Source: an uncultured bacterium (GTDB lineage Bacteria > Muiribacteriota > CAYSPT01). Taken from it: a stretch of DNA of 64,000 bases. The notes beneath the pieces were generated by a model. That model had not been told where the DNA came from. It was given only the letters and a program-made list of their open reading frames with translations, and did not search any database. The DNA is taken from the NCBI GenBank assembly GCA_964593455.1, contig CAZQHK010000006.1, forward strand, positions 49,225 to 113,224, given 5' to 3'. Within the stretch, counting starts at the first letter, position 1. Each line of letters starts with the position of its first letter. This document shows, piece after piece, positions 29,985 through 40,639 of this stretch. The position numbers were made by a program, and so were the translations under genes.

Positions 29985-31448
29985 ATGAGCCGCTGTTTAA
30001 CAATATTGCTGCTTTTACTCCTTAACACCTTCGTGGTACCGCTGCTGGTGGCGGTTGCCGACGAACTCCCGGCCGGCACGCACTTTTTCAACCGCAACTC
30101 GGATCTTTCCCTGGATACTGCCGAAGGAGTGACGAGAGAAACAGTTGACCTGGAAAAGTCTCTTAAAGAGGAAGATTCCAGTCCCGGAAAAGCCTTTCGG
30201 CTTACAAGTCTTGAGTTTTTAAAGCCGGCCGGTAAACAACCCGTTATTATCCTGGCAGTAGCTATTCCTCAGGCGTCATTGGTTGATGTTATGGTAGCCG
30301 GATTTATCATTGAAGAAAAAAAGGAAGAACTGATACCAGGCGAGGTGCCGTGGGGGAGAAACGCTGGTAAAAGCAAGGATAGTCAAACCGAAAAGGTGAC
30401 CGGTGAACTTACGGTCTGGAGTGGTTTTTTTGCCGGTGGAATACTCAGACTCGAGATTGCTCTGCCGTTTGAGTTAACGGATATTCCGGGCTTGGAAATC
30501 AGAGCCAGGCAACGTGTCTATCAACTTGTACCAATAAAACTAGTTGGTGGGATGGGTCGCGGAGAAGGCCAATTTTTTCTACCCAAAGGAGGGTTTATCG
30601 ACAGTTCCGGCAATGTTTTTATTGCTGATTCCGGTAATGACCGGGTTCAATTTTTTGATAAGCGTTGGAAATGCAGGGGTATGTTTGGCGAGTTCGGGTG
30701 GAGTTTCGAGGAAGATACACGGTTTGCCGGCGGACAGTTCAACAATCCGTTATCTGTCTGCGTCGAGCGGTATGTGTACGTGGTTGACAGTGACAACTAC
30801 CGAGTGTGCCGATACGATCGTGAAGGCAACTTCATCGATTCTTTCGGAGATGAAGGAAGTGGTGAGGGTCAGTTCCTTGAAACGGGAGGGGTTGCCAAGG
30901 ATTTCGACAATAATATCTTTGTTTCCGACACGGGGAATGACCGTATTCAGAAATTCGATTCGGCCGGCAATTTTAGGAAAGAGATAGGCTTTTTCGGATG
31001 GGGCGAAGGACAGTTGAATGCCCCCGGTGATGTAGAGATCGGGGTGAACGATGACATCGTCGTACTGGATTCAGGAAACGGTCGGGTTCAAATTTTCAAC
31101 AAGTATGGCTCGTTTATCCGTGCCTTGGGTTCGAAAGGGCAAGGAGCAGGAGAATTAAAGGAACCTCACGGGCTCGATCTCGTACCGGAGATTGGTGTTT
31201 TGGTAGCCGATACCGGTAATGATCGGATTCAGTTGCTCAGCTTTCACGGTGGTTGTCTGATCTCGTTCGGGAGTAGGGGAAACGGACTGGGTGAGTTCAA
31301 AGAACCCTGGGATGTAGCAGTTGGACCGGAATCGGATATGGTGGTTGTGGTAGAAACGGGAAATCACCGATTGCAGGTTCTCAAACTGGAGGAACGTGTT
31401 GATACCGTGAGCAGGCTACTGGAGGCAGATGACTCTTCCACACCGTAA
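29985..31448 (+). CDS. Secreted NHL-repeat beta-propeller protein
   Basis: Signal peptide; repeated G.GEGQF..P.G...FIAD(S/T)GNDR(V/I)Q units. Confidence 0.85.
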   Translation: MSRCLTILLLLLLNTFVVPLLVAVADELPAGTHFFNRNSDLSLDTAEGVTRETVDLEKSLKEEDSSPGKAFRLTSLEFLKPAGKQPVIILAVAIPQASLVDVMVAGFIIEEKKEELIPGEVPWGRNAGKSKDSQTEKVTGELTVWSGFFAGGILRLEIALPFELTDIPGLEIRARQRVYQLVPIKLVGGMGRGEGQFFLPKGGFIDSSGNVFIADSGNDRVQFFDKRWKCRGMFGEFGWSFEEDTRFAGGQFNNPLSVCVERYVYVVDSDNYRVCRYDREGNFIDSFGDEGSGEGQFLETGGVAKDFDNNIFVSDTGNDRIQKFDSAGNFRKEIGFFGWGEGQLNAPGDVEIGVNDDIVVLDSGNGRVQIFNKYGSFIRALGSKGQGAGELKEPHGLDLVPEIGVLVADTGNDRIQLLSFHGGCLISFGSRGNGLGEFKEPWDVAVGPESDMVVVVETGNHRLQVLKLEERVDTVSRLLEADDSSTP

Positions 31449-31526
31449 ACTAAATGAAATTATTCATTCCTGAGGGCTTGTGTGGTATCTTGAGTCGAGA
31501 TGTAGAAAGTAAGGTGTGTTGAGTTT

Positions 31527-32444
31527 ATGATCTCCGGCCGAAAAGCAGTCGGAAGGAAAACTCTTGTTATATTCATGGCAGTGTTTCTACCGCTTCTCAC
31601 GGGAGTGCAAGCCTGTCGGCGGCGTACGCCTGAGAAACCTGTCCCGAAGTATGAGTTCAACCCGGAAAATCAGCCATGGCATGTAGCTATGGAAGTAGGA
31701 ATTATAGCTGCGCAAAATGGTAAATATGATCGTGCTATCAGCGAGTTAAAACGGTCGATCTCATTAAACCCGGGCTATGCTCCCCCGTACGCTTTCTTGG
31801 GTTTGATCTATGCTAAAGTGGGTGAAAAGGACCGGGCACGGGCTTTCGTAGAACGTGCCTTGCGGATTGACTCCCAAAATGAGATCGCCCTAGAGAATCT
31901 CGGAGTGCTATTGGCTGAGGAAAAAGAGTACCGGCGGGCCCAAAAGTGTCTGGAAAAAGCCGTGCAAGTAAATCCGAGAAACATTAATGCCCGCTTTAAT
32001 CTGGCTCAGATTTTCAAGATCCAGGGTGAAACCAATAAAGCGATACAAGAGTTTTTGAAATTGATTAATCAGGTACCCGATGTTCCCGCTTTTCATTACC
32101 ACCTGGGTGTTCTGTACCAGATGAAAGGGTTCACCGATCAAGCTATCGAAGAATACGCACGAACAGTTGAATTGGCCCCGGTCAAGTATCTCGAAGCGTA
32201 TTATCATCTGGCCGCCATTCATCACGCCGAGAAAAAGTATGATCAGGCTGAATCGAATTACCGTAAAGTCATCAAGTCCGACGATCAGCATCTTCAATCG
32301 TATATTGGGCTTGGAGACCTCTTCTTTGACCGGGGGGAATATCAACAAGCACGGAGTTACTACAAAAAAGCGCTAGCCATCGCTCCTGAAAACAGGTATT
32401 GTTTTAACGCCTTAGCAAGGATCAGCCAGGTTCTCGAAGAGTAA
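31527..32444 (+). CDS. TPR-repeat lipoprotein
   Basis: VQA-C lipobox-like site and about 7 TPR motifs. Confidence 0.85.
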   Translation: MISGRKAVGRKTLVIFMAVFLPLLTGVQACRRRTPEKPVPKYEFNPENQPWHVAMEVGIIAAQNGKYDRAISELKRSISLNPGYAPPYAFLGLIYAKVGEKDRARAFVERALRIDSQNEIALENLGVLLAEEKEYRRAQKCLEKAVQVNPRNINARFNLAQIFKIQGETNKAIQEFLKLINQVPDVPAFHYHLGVLYQMKGFTDQAIEEYARTVELAPVKYLEAYYHLAAIHHAEKKYDQAESNYRKVIKSDDQHLQSYIGLGDLFFDRGEYQQARSYYKKALAIAPENRYCFNALARISQVLEE

Positions 32445-32463
32445 GTTCGTATGGGCGGGAAGG

Positions 32464-34281
32464 ATGATACCAATTATTGATTTCTCGTTCCTTGAGGATA
32501 TACTCTCTCAGGTGCGCCGCCCGGCCAGATATATAGGCGGGGAGTGGAACGCGGCTCGAAATTCTTCCCGTGAAAATGTTTTTAGAGTAGCTCTGGCTTT
32601 TCCCGACCTCTATGAGGTAGGGATGTCTTATCTTGGTTTTAAACTGTTTTATTGGCTGCTCAATGAAATGCCCGATGTGGTTGCGGAGCGGGTGTACACT
32701 CCCTGGATTGACATGGAGCGGGAAATGAAGGCCGCCGGGTTGCCTCTCTACTCACTCGAGTCATTTATTCCCCTGAAAGAATTCGATCTAATCGCTTTCA
32801 CGCTGCCGCACGAACTGAGTTATACCAACATTCTGACAATGCTCGATCTGGGCGGCATTCCCTTGCATTCCAGCGATCGTGGACCGGTTGATCCCATCAT
32901 TATAGCCGGCGGATATGGAGCGTTCAGCCCTGAACCTCTGGCACATTTTATCGATGGTTTTTTCATCGGTGAAGGGGAAGAAGGATTTCCGGAAATCGTC
33001 AACCTCTTGAAAAAACTGAAGATACAGGGAATGTCTCGTGACGAGAGAATTAATGCATTGTCCCGGGAAGCGGGAATGTATGTCCCCCGGTTCTACCAGG
33101 CAGAGTACACGGACGGAGGAAACCTGGCCGGTATATTCCCTGCGGTTGATCACGTTTCCTCCCGGGTTACCAGGCGAACCGTAAAGGACTTAAACCAGGT
33201 GTTTCACAACCGGACGGATCTCGTCCCTTGCATGGATACGGTTCACAACCGGGCAGCGGTGGAAATCATGCGCGGATGTACCCGTGGATGTCGGTTTTGT
33301 AACGCCGGAATGTTGTTCCGTCCGGTCAGGAAAAGGTCGGCTGAAAACGTATGCTCCATTGCCCGCGACATTATCAAAAATACCGGGTATGAAGAGCTTG
33401 CTTTATGTTCTCTCAGTACCACCGACCATTCGGAGAGTGAACGTATCATAACCGATTTAAAAAAAGACTTCGATCCGGCTCATATATCGCTCTCCTTATC
33501 CTCGCTTCGTGCCGACATGTTTTCCATTGACCTGGCCCAGATGGTGGGACAGGTCCGGCGTACCGGTCTCACCTTTGCTCCCGAGGCCGGCAGCCAGCGG
33601 CTCCGCGATGTGATCAACAAAGGAGTTACCGAAGAGGACCTTCTGGATACGGTGGCCAGGATTGCTCGACAGGGATGGCAGAAAGTCAAACTGTATTTCA
33701 TGATCGGGCTTCCCGGTGAACGCCAGGAAGATATTGAAGCTATCGTTCATCTGGTCAAAGCTGTCCGTCGGGAAGGCCGGAAATACTCCAGTAAAGGATT
33801 CAGGATCAACCTTTCGGTCTCACCGTTTTGTCCCAAACCTCACACTCCCTTTCAATGGGTGGGACAGGAGAGCAGGGAATTATTTAAGAAAAAGCTGCAA
33901 TTTCTACGGAAGAATCTGCGGATAAAAGGAGTCAAGTTCAATTATAGTGAGAGTGACGCGGCCTGGTTGGAAGCTGTTATTGCCCGGGGTGACAGCCGGG
34001 TCGGCCGGGTGATAGAGCGGGCCTGGCTCAACGGCGCCAGGATGGATAACTGGACGGAGTGTTTTGATCCCCTGGTGTGGGAGACAGCTTTTACGGAAGA
34101 AGGTATCGATCCGGAATTTTTCTCCACGAGAGAACGCTTGCCTGACGAGGTCTTTCCGTGGCATTATATAGATGCGGGAGTTACCCGGTCGTGGCTGTGG
34201 AATGAGTACCAACGGGCGCTAAGCGGAGTGACTACTCCGGACTGTCGTCGCGGGCACTGTTCGCAATGCGGAGCCTGTTAG
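32464..34281 (+). CDS. B12-binding radical SAM protein (TIGR03960 family)
   Basis: PARYIGGEWN, FPDLYEVGMS, GCTRGCRFC, TFAPEAGSQRLR and a C-terminal C...CxxCGAC. Confidence 0.9.
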   Translation: MIPIIDFSFLEDILSQVRRPARYIGGEWNAARNSSRENVFRVALAFPDLYEVGMSYLGFKLFYWLLNEMPDVVAERVYTPWIDMEREMKAAGLPLYSLESFIPLKEFDLIAFTLPHELSYTNILTMLDLGGIPLHSSDRGPVDPIIIAGGYGAFSPEPLAHFIDGFFIGEGEEGFPEIVNLLKKLKIQGMSRDERINALSREAGMYVPRFYQAEYTDGGNLAGIFPAVDHVSSRVTRRTVKDLNQVFHNRTDLVPCMDTVHNRAAVEIMRGCTRGCRFCNAGMLFRPVRKRSAENVCSIARDIIKNTGYEELALCSLSTTDHSESERIITDLKKDFDPAHISLSLSSLRADMFSIDLAQMVGQVRRTGLTFAPEAGSQRLRDVINKGVTEEDLLDTVARIARQGWQKVKLYFMIGLPGERQEDIEAIVHLVKAVRREGRKYSSKGFRINLSVSPFCPKPHTPFQWVGQESRELFKKKLQFLRKNLRIKGVKFNYSESDAAWLEAVIARGDSRVGRVIERAWLNGARMDNWTECFDPLVWETAFTEEGIDPEFFSTRERLPDEVFPWHYIDAGVTRSWLWNEYQRALSGVTTPDCRRGHCSQCGAC

Positions 34282-34300
34282 TCGGCAGCGGCTTTTCCCG

Positions 34301-34957
34301 GTGGTCCCGGGCTGTTTAACAACAGGAAGGAGAACGGTAAGGATTGTGAGAAGACCGAACTGTCATCTCATACAAGTGCCCACCACGATCATTATTTGTT
34401 TCTTATTTCTGGCTGTCTCCTGTCTGCCGGGATGCCGTGGGTGCCGGCAGGTAAAGTCCCCGACTGATATCGGGCTCGATCAGGCTGAAATGAAAAATTC
34501 ACGCCCCGTACCCGGCGGAGCTGAAGAATCGACATATGTTTTCAGAGCCTCCGGCAAAGACCGCCAAGGCCAGGGCGGCCAAGACGAGAATACGGACATG
34601 TCGTTTCCCGAACGTCCCGGAGAGCGCATTGATTCTGTGGAGTACAACAAGATTCTGACAACGATGGACCGTGGAGAATACTCCAAGGCATTGTCCAGAA
34701 TCGACGACCTCATAAACCAATACCCGGCCGGTTCCCGGGAACGAGAGGTGCTCAACTACATGGAGGCCGAGTGTCTCTTTTTTCAGAAAAACATGGAGAG
34801 CGCGCTTGTTGCCTACCGTCTCTTTCTCGAACAATATCCTGATTCGCCCATGGTAGAAAATGCCAGGGCCGTCATAGATTTTATCAGCTCCATCGATCGA
34901 TATAAGAAGCTTTACGTTTCTCCGCTGAAAGATCAGCCGGGCGGGAGAAGAAGATGA
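34301..34957 (+). CDS. TPR-containing lipoprotein (BamD/YbgF-like C-terminus)
   Basis: Hydrophobic segment with LPG-C; LINQYP.S and FLEQYPDS TPR-like units. Start uncertain. Confidence 0.6.
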   Translation: MVPGCLTTGRRTVRIVRRPNCHLIQVPTTIIICFLFLAVSCLPGCRGCRQVKSPTDIGLDQAEMKNSRPVPGGAEESTYVFRASGKDRQGQGGQDENTDMSFPERPGERIDSVEYNKILTTMDRGEYSKALSRIDDLINQYPAGSREREVLNYMEAECLFFQKNMESALVAYRLFLEQYPDSPMVENARAVIDFISSIDRYKKLYVSPLKDQPGGRRR

Positions 34958-35388
34958 ATCGCGGATTTTCATTGCTGCAAATTTTAATCGCCCTGTTTAT
35001 ACTGGGGGTGGCTTTGGTGCCGGCCACATCGTTATTTCTCCAGTCGACCAGGAATGTTGAGCGCAGTGGTGCTTTGCTGGAAGCGACCATTGCCGCCAGG
35101 TCCATACTGGATGAGATAAGAAGCCAGTCCTTTCTGCTGGATAATATCGGTGCTGTGATAGACGTTCCTTCGGAAAAATATCCGTTTTTGACGGTTCCCA
35201 CTCATTTCAGTAAAAAGTTTAAGGGTACGGCCCGGGTGGAGATACGTCAGATGGAACCGGGTAAATTTAGTGAACGGCTGAGAGAAGTACGGGTAACAAT
35301 ACTGTGGACAGAAAACGGCCAAGAACGAAGTCTGGATATGTATACCCTGGAATCAAATCTGAACGACTGCAAGCTGACACGGCTGTAA
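34954..35388 (+). CDS. Minor pilin/pseudopilin (PilV/GspI-like)
   Basis: Prepilin signal MNRG|FSLLQILIAL; C-terminal LREVRVTILW. Confidence 0.75.
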   Translation: MNRGFSLLQILIALFILGVALVPATSLFLQSTRNVERSGALLEATIAARSILDEIRSQSFLLDNIGAVIDVPSEKYPFLTVPTHFSKKFKGTARVEIRQMEPGKFSERLREVRVTILWTENGQERSLDMYTLESNLNDCKLTRL

Positions 35389-36032
35389 ATATCCGCATCC
35401 GGCGTCTATCCGATAGAGCGTTCGGGAAGAACAGGATTGGTTTTCGCGGGTATACGCTGCTGGAACTGCTGGTGGCCACGACGATAACCGTGATCATCGC
35501 CGCTATCGTGATTCTGCTGATAAGGCATCACGTGAACATGTGGCGGGAAGGGAAACGGTATATCGAACTTCAACACGAGGTCCAGCGTTTATTGAAACGT
35601 TTATCCAACGATTTCAGAATGGTTAACGCACCGGTGGTTGTCGACCGTAAATTGAATATCTGGCTCGGCGGCGAAGATCTGGCGGAAATGGAAATATCAC
35701 CTGTTGAACTCAAAGACACCGATGAAAACAAGGAAAATGGCAGTGAAGAGCTCGTAATACGGCATTATCTCTTCGAACCACTGGGCCGTGAGCGGGTAAT
35801 CAGGTACTACCTGGACCGGGAAGCTGGCGGGCTGGTCCGGGAGACCGATGGCCGTAAGCAGCTTTTCAGCGATAAAGTAACAGATATGCATTTCGACGGT
35901 GACAAAGACGATCTGAAGAAGATTTGCCTAAAAGCTACCGTGATTATTCCAGCCAGGCAAAATGTTTCGAAGAAAGAAGAAATACTGGAAGCTGTTTTCC
36001 GGATGAAAAGTGATTTTATCACAGTGAAATGA
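35304..36032 (+). CDS. Minor pilin/pseudopilin (PilW/GspJ-like)
   Basis: RG|YTLLELLVA prepilin motif, L..DFR and IRYYLD..GLVR. True start uncertain. Confidence 0.75.
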   Translation: MDRKRPRTKSGYVYPGIKSERLQADTAVNIRIRRLSDRAFGKNRIGFRGYTLLELLVATTITVIIAAIVILLIRHHVNMWREGKRYIELQHEVQRLLKRLSNDFRMVNAPVVVDRKLNIWLGGEDLAEMEISPVELKDTDENKENGSEELVIRHYLFEPLGRERVIRYYLDREAGGLVRETDGRKQLFSDKVTDMHFDGDKDDLKKICLKATVIIPARQNVSKKEEILEAVFRMKSDFITVK

Positions 36033-36049
36033 ACCGGGGAGAATAGCAC

Positions 36050-36592
36050 ATGATGATTGTGATGAGAGAACGGGACAGAGGAATATCCATAATCCTGGCT
36101 CTTTTCGGAATAACCATGCTGGCTGCGTTCGGAACTATTTTCTTCAATATTTCCTTGAACAGGCGGTACGAAGCGTTTCAGGAATCAGACCGGCTTCGGG
36201 CGGCTGAACTGGCTTCCGCCGGTCTCGAGAAGGCGCTGGTTATTATGTGGGACCAGCACATACGTGGAAACTTTACCTGGCGGTATCCTGCCCAGGGAAC
36301 GCTGGCGGTGCCGGTAGAGGAGCTCAGCGGAACGATTAAGACCATGGCCACCGACGACAAACAATCCGTTCCGTTCGGAAAATATCGGATTATCGAGGTC
36401 GCATCTTATTTTTTGAAACAGGGTGATACTCTTATCGGTCCTTATGAGTCGCTGCCATATAAACTCCACGGTGTTCATCTCGGCCGGTACGATATTCTCA
36501 AGATTGTGACGGAAGGAACGATTTTCAGAACGAATATCAGCGTTCGCCTGACGTCACTGGTAAAGGTGGTGCGGCAGGATGTGCTTTACTAA
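36050..36592 (+). CDS. Minor pilin/pseudopilin (PilX/GspK-like)
   Basis: RDRG|ISIILAL hydrophobic helix without E5; AAELASAGLEKA. Confidence 0.65.
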   Translation: MMIVMRERDRGISIILALFGITMLAAFGTIFFNISLNRRYEAFQESDRLRAAELASAGLEKALVIMWDQHIRGNFTWRYPAQGTLAVPVEELSGTIKTMATDDKQSVPFGKYRIIEVASYFLKQGDTLIGPYESLPYKLHGVHLGRYDILKIVTEGTIFRTNISVRLTSLVKVVRQDVLY

Positions 36593-37913
36593 ACGCTTTA
36601 GGCTCATTGGAATGATCTGTCTAACTGGAATTTTTCTGTTTGGCCTCCCCCGGGTCTGGGGAGAATCGGCTGCTCCTCCCCAGAAAGGTTTTCCCAAACA
36701 AATCAGCGGTGATATCTACGGGCAGATCCAGGCGGTCGATCTCGATGGCGATAAGAAAAAAGAGCTTGTTTTCGGAGCCACGGACGGCTGTGTGCATGTC
36801 TTTAACTATAACGGTACGGCCCGCAGGATGATGGGAGTGTGGCCTCGGCATACCGGCGGCCCTATCATGGCAGCGGTAACAGTCAGTGATCTTGACGGGA
36901 ACGGTACGCCTGAGGTATTGGCCGGATCTTTCGATGGAAAGGTGTACGCTTTGAGCCGGGAAGGAAAACTCCTGTGGAAGTACAATACCGGCGGCAGCAT
37001 CACCCTGGCCGCTCCGGTGGCCCAGGATGTTAATAATGATGGAAAACAGGAGATAACTGTGGCGTCGCACTCGAAGAAACTGTCGCTGCTTAACAAGGAC
37101 GGTACGCTGCAGTGGGAACACCGGGCGACCTCGACGCTCAGCGGCACCCCGTCATTGGGCGATCTCAACGGCGACGGAAAAAAGGATATCGTGATTCGGT
37201 CCGATGCCGGATGGTTAGAGGTTGTAGCTCATTCCGGCGCTAAGCTCAGCGGTTGGCCTAAATCCCTGGGTGGTCCTTCAGGGTTTTACCCGTTTCTTCC
37301 AACAGTAGACGATCTCGATAGCAACGGCGAACGGGAAATCCTGGTCGGTTCCCCCGCGACACAGAGCCTGGCTTTGTTGACTAAAAGCGGGGTGGTAAAA
37401 CAGAATTTTGAGGTCAAGGGAAATATCCATGACCGGGTGCGGGTATCGGATATGAACGGTGACGGGTTTCCCGATCTGGTCTACGGCCTCTCAAACGGGA
37501 AACTGGACGTGGTCGATCTCAGGGCGACCATGGCTCAGGGAGACGGAAACAAGGTTTCGTTTCCCGGGTGGCCGCGCAAGGTCGGAGACCATATCTATGG
37601 AATGCCGCAGGTAGCGGATATCGATGGGAATGGCAAACCCGATATCGTTTTTACGTCCTGGAATTCAACCGGGGAAGGGCTGGATACCGGTACCCTGGGA
37701 GTGGTAGATCTGGATGGCCGATCCGTTAAGGGATTTCCGAAGAAGGTGGGAAAGACCTTCGGCCGGGTGACGCTGGCCGACCTGGATGGTGATGGTGATA
37801 TCGAAATTATCTGTCCGGGAGGAATTGGGTATACCGGCCCGCAATTGCAGGTGTTTGACTGTGCCGGGAAAATCCCGTTACGGATGGCTATTATGGTTAA
37901 GGAGTACAGGTGA
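36579..37913 (+). CDS. Secreted FG-GAP/VCBS-repeat beta-propeller protein
   Basis: Signal peptide; about 8 DxDGDG/DxNGDG Ca-binding loops and GWP/GFP repeats. Confidence 0.85.
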   Translation: MCFTKRFRLIGMICLTGIFLFGLPRVWGESAAPPQKGFPKQISGDIYGQIQAVDLDGDKKKELVFGATDGCVHVFNYNGTARRMMGVWPRHTGGPIMAAVTVSDLDGNGTPEVLAGSFDGKVYALSREGKLLWKYNTGGSITLAAPVAQDVNNDGKQEITVASHSKKLSLLNKDGTLQWEHRATSTLSGTPSLGDLNGDGKKDIVIRSDAGWLEVVAHSGAKLSGWPKSLGGPSGFYPFLPTVDDLDSNGEREILVGSPATQSLALLTKSGVVKQNFEVKGNIHDRVRVSDMNGDGFPDLVYGLSNGKLDVVDLRATMAQGDGNKVSFPGWPRKVGDHIYGMPQVADIDGNGKPDIVFTSWNSTGEGLDTGTLGVVDLDGRSVKGFPKKVGKTFGRVTLADLDGDGDIEIICPGGIGYTGPQLQVFDCAGKIPLRMAIMVKEYR

Positions 37914-38542
37914 AACAGGACCATCTTTCGACGACTAATGCTCATGCTAGGGTCCGGGCATGGATAGAAAAAAAAGGCCGGTACCGGTTTGTGTCTCATC
38001 TGGGAATGGTGGTTATTCTCCGCCGAGCAGTGATTCGAAGCAAATTGCCGGTTCTTTTTTCTAAAGGATTTCATCCATTGCCCCGTTTCTCCTTCGGCCC
38101 GGCCTTGCGCGTGGGATTCGAAAGCCGTGGAGAACCGGTTGATATTTACCTGGCTGCTGTCTTTGATCCGGAGACGGTCAAAGAGCAACTCAACCAGGAA
38201 CTTCCGGAAGATCTTAAAGTACGAAGAGTAGACATCCTCGACCAAGACAGTAAAAAATGTGCCGCTGCTTTTAAATACGTGACTGCGGAAGTAACCTTTG
38301 CGGTCGATGGATTGTTGGAGTTGACCGGATCTTCGGTCCGAAGACAGGTACCCTCTTTTGATGCCGAGATTATCGATTTTTCCCCTATCCCCGATACCGG
38401 AATGATACCGGACTGTGCCTGGTACCGGGCCAGGATTGTTCTGCCGGCAGCTCTCACATCGAAGGTTGAAGAAATTATCAGGGATGTGATAGGAGGCCGG
38501 GCCATCACGAAACTGCGGGTGGTGCGGGAATCGTTTGAATGA
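37910..38542 (+). CDS. TIGR03936 (DUF2344) radical-SAM-linked protein
   Basis: KKGRYRFVSHL, RRA..RSKLPV.FSKGFHP.PRFSFGPAL.VG.ES..E. Confidence 0.85.
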   Translation: MKQDHLSTTNAHARVRAWIEKKGRYRFVSHLGMVVILRRAVIRSKLPVLFSKGFHPLPRFSFGPALRVGFESRGEPVDIYLAAVFDPETVKEQLNQELPEDLKVRRVDILDQDSKKCAAAFKYVTAEVTFAVDGLLELTGSSVRRQVPSFDAEIIDFSPIPDTGMIPDCAWYRARIVLPAALTSKVEEIIRDVIGGRAITKLRVVRESFE

Positions 38543-38613
38543 ATAAGATAAATCAGGCAAAGATAGGTGAAAACCAGATGTCATTGCCCGGTTAAACCGG
38601 AGGTTGTAAGTTA

Positions 38614-40086
38614 TTGGAGAAAAATATCATTGTTGACTGCTCGGGTGATGAAGTGCGAGTCGGTATTACCGAAAACGGGTACCTGGTCGAACTTTACATG
38701 GAGCGGGAAGAAAAACGCAAGATTGTTGGGAACATCTACAAGGGCCGGGTAACCAATGTACTACCTGGAATGCAGTCCGCGTTTGTTCATGTCGGGATTA
38801 AAAAAGACGTGTTCCTCTACATCGGCGATATAGAGGGTTTCAGACCCGAAGAGTCTGATGACATGCTGTTGGAGGAATCGGCCCCGATTACCATCAATGA
38901 GCTTCTGCAGATGGGACAGAAGATAGATATTCAGATCCTCAAGGAACCGATCGGTACGAAAGGGGCGCGGGGGACCACGTACCTGACATTGCCCGGACGG
39001 TACCTGGTGCTCATGCCCGGTATCGATCATGTCGGGGTCTCCAGACGGATCGAAGAAGGGGAACGGGAACGGCTCAGGGAGATCGGCCATGCCATTCAGC
39101 CTCCCGATATGGGATTGATTCTCCGGACCGTGGCGGAAGGTAAAAAAGAGGAAGAACTGAAAACCGATCTTAATTTTCTACTGAAACTCTGGCAGAAGAT
39201 CCAGTCCCGGGAGAAGCAGGCGACGGCACCTTCGCTGCTTTACCATGATCTCGACCTGGTGCAGCGAATGGCCCGTGACCTTTTTACTGAAGATGTGACC
39301 CGGTTCGTGATTAACAGTCCTCGGAAGTACACCGAACTTTTAGAGTTCATCGAGACGTTTACCTTTTCGTCTTCCTTCGCGGCCCGGGTTGAATTATATG
39401 AGGGTTTCGTTCCTGTTTTCGAGAAATACGGGCTTGAAGCCGAGATCGCCCGGGCATTAAAACGCAAGGTGTGGCTCAAGTCCGGCGGTTACATAGTTAT
39501 CGAGCGTACGGAAGCCCTGAGCACCATCGATGTCAACACCGGTAAATTCGTCGGTAAAGTGAATCTGGAAGAAACGGTGTTCAAAAACAATATGGAAGCG
39601 GTACCCGCGATTGTACGGCAGGTGCGGCTGCGTGACATCGGGGGGATTATCGTAGTTGACTTCATAGACATGCGTGACTTGAAACACCGGGAACAGGTGG
39701 TTGAGTACCTGAAAAGTGAGCTCGAACGAGACAAATCGAAGAGCAACATATTGCCGATCAACGAGTTCGGCTTGTTGGAAATAACCCGTAAACGAGTCGG
39801 TAAAGGCCTCGACCAGATCTGCAAATCCAGCTGCCCGTACTGCCGGGGGGGAGGGCAGGTTCTGTCGCCGGAGTACATCGCCGAAAAAGTACGCCGGCAG
39901 CTACTGCACATCGCGGAAGACACCCTCAGCCGCTTCCTGTCCGTGACGGTTCACCCCGAGGTGGCCGCGGTTCTGCGCGGCGTTGATGACGAGAGGCTCT
40001 ATCTGCTCGAAGACCAGTTGCGGAAACGAGTCCAGGTTATTGCCGATACTGCCCGGCACATCGAAGATGTGGATATCGGTACCTGA
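38614..40086 (+). CDS. rng: Ribonuclease G/E family
   Basis: GNIYKGRV..VLPGMQSAFV, KEPIGTKGAR, IDVNTG and RLRDIGGIIVVDFIDM; TTG start with GGAGG. Confidence 0.93.
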   Translation: MEKNIIVDCSGDEVRVGITENGYLVELYMEREEKRKIVGNIYKGRVTNVLPGMQSAFVHVGIKKDVFLYIGDIEGFRPEESDDMLLEESAPITINELLQMGQKIDIQILKEPIGTKGARGTTYLTLPGRYLVLMPGIDHVGVSRRIEEGERERLREIGHAIQPPDMGLILRTVAEGKKEEELKTDLNFLLKLWQKIQSREKQATAPSLLYHDLDLVQRMARDLFTEDVTRFVINSPRKYTELLEFIETFTFSSSFAARVELYEGFVPVFEKYGLEAEIARALKRKVWLKSGGYIVIERTEALSTIDVNTGKFVGKVNLEETVFKNNMEAVPAIVRQVRLRDIGGIIVVDFIDMRDLKHREQVVEYLKSELERDKSKSNILPINEFGLLEITRKRVGKGLDQICKSSCPYCRGGGQVLSPEYIAEKVRRQLLHIAEDTLSRFLSVTVHPEVAAVLRGVDDERLYLLEDQLRKRVQVIADTARHIEDVDIGT

Positions 40087-40559
40087 TGAGAAAGGAATAT
40101 TCCATGTCTAAACCTACTGAAGACCGGTGGAACCATCACGATCGTTCGTTCTGGGAAAAGAACCACAATATCATCCGCACGAAACTCGGGGGAGTGGTGG
40201 AATATCCCAACCTGGTATGTTGCGGATACGACTTGTTCAAAGATCTGGTGGGAAAGGTTTCCTGGATGGAGATGTTTTACCTGCTCCTGAAGGGCAGGCT
40301 TCCCAAAAAGCCTGTGCTCAGGCTGCTCGACGCTATCTGTGCCTGCACGTCATATCCCGATCCGCGTATCTGGCCGCACCGGGTAGGAAGACTTTCGGCG
40401 GCCATGAAACCCATACAAGGAGCGGCGTTAGCGGCATCGTTGGCGGCGCTTGATGCGAGGATGTTCGGGTGCACCAGCCTGGCCCGAACGGTGGCTTTTT
40501 TGAGTGGACTCGTAAAACGGGGAGTCACTCCGGACACGGTGGATACTATAAAGAGGTAC

Positions 40560-40588
40560 TTGACAGCTGTTAAGAGAAAAATTATAAT
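40560..40588 (+). promoter_or_regulatory. Perfect consensus sigma70 promoter
   Basis: TTGACA-17 nt-TATAAT. Confidence 0.8.
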
Positions 40589-40608
40589 TGTCTGCACCTG
40601 TTATGTCA

Positions 40609-40639
40609 ACCACCACCGGTCTCACTGGCCGGTGGTGGT
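40609..40639. repeat. GC-rich inverted repeat
   Basis: ACCACCACCGG-(TCTCACTGG)-CCGGTGGTGGT, 11-bp perfect arms. Confidence 0.75.
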
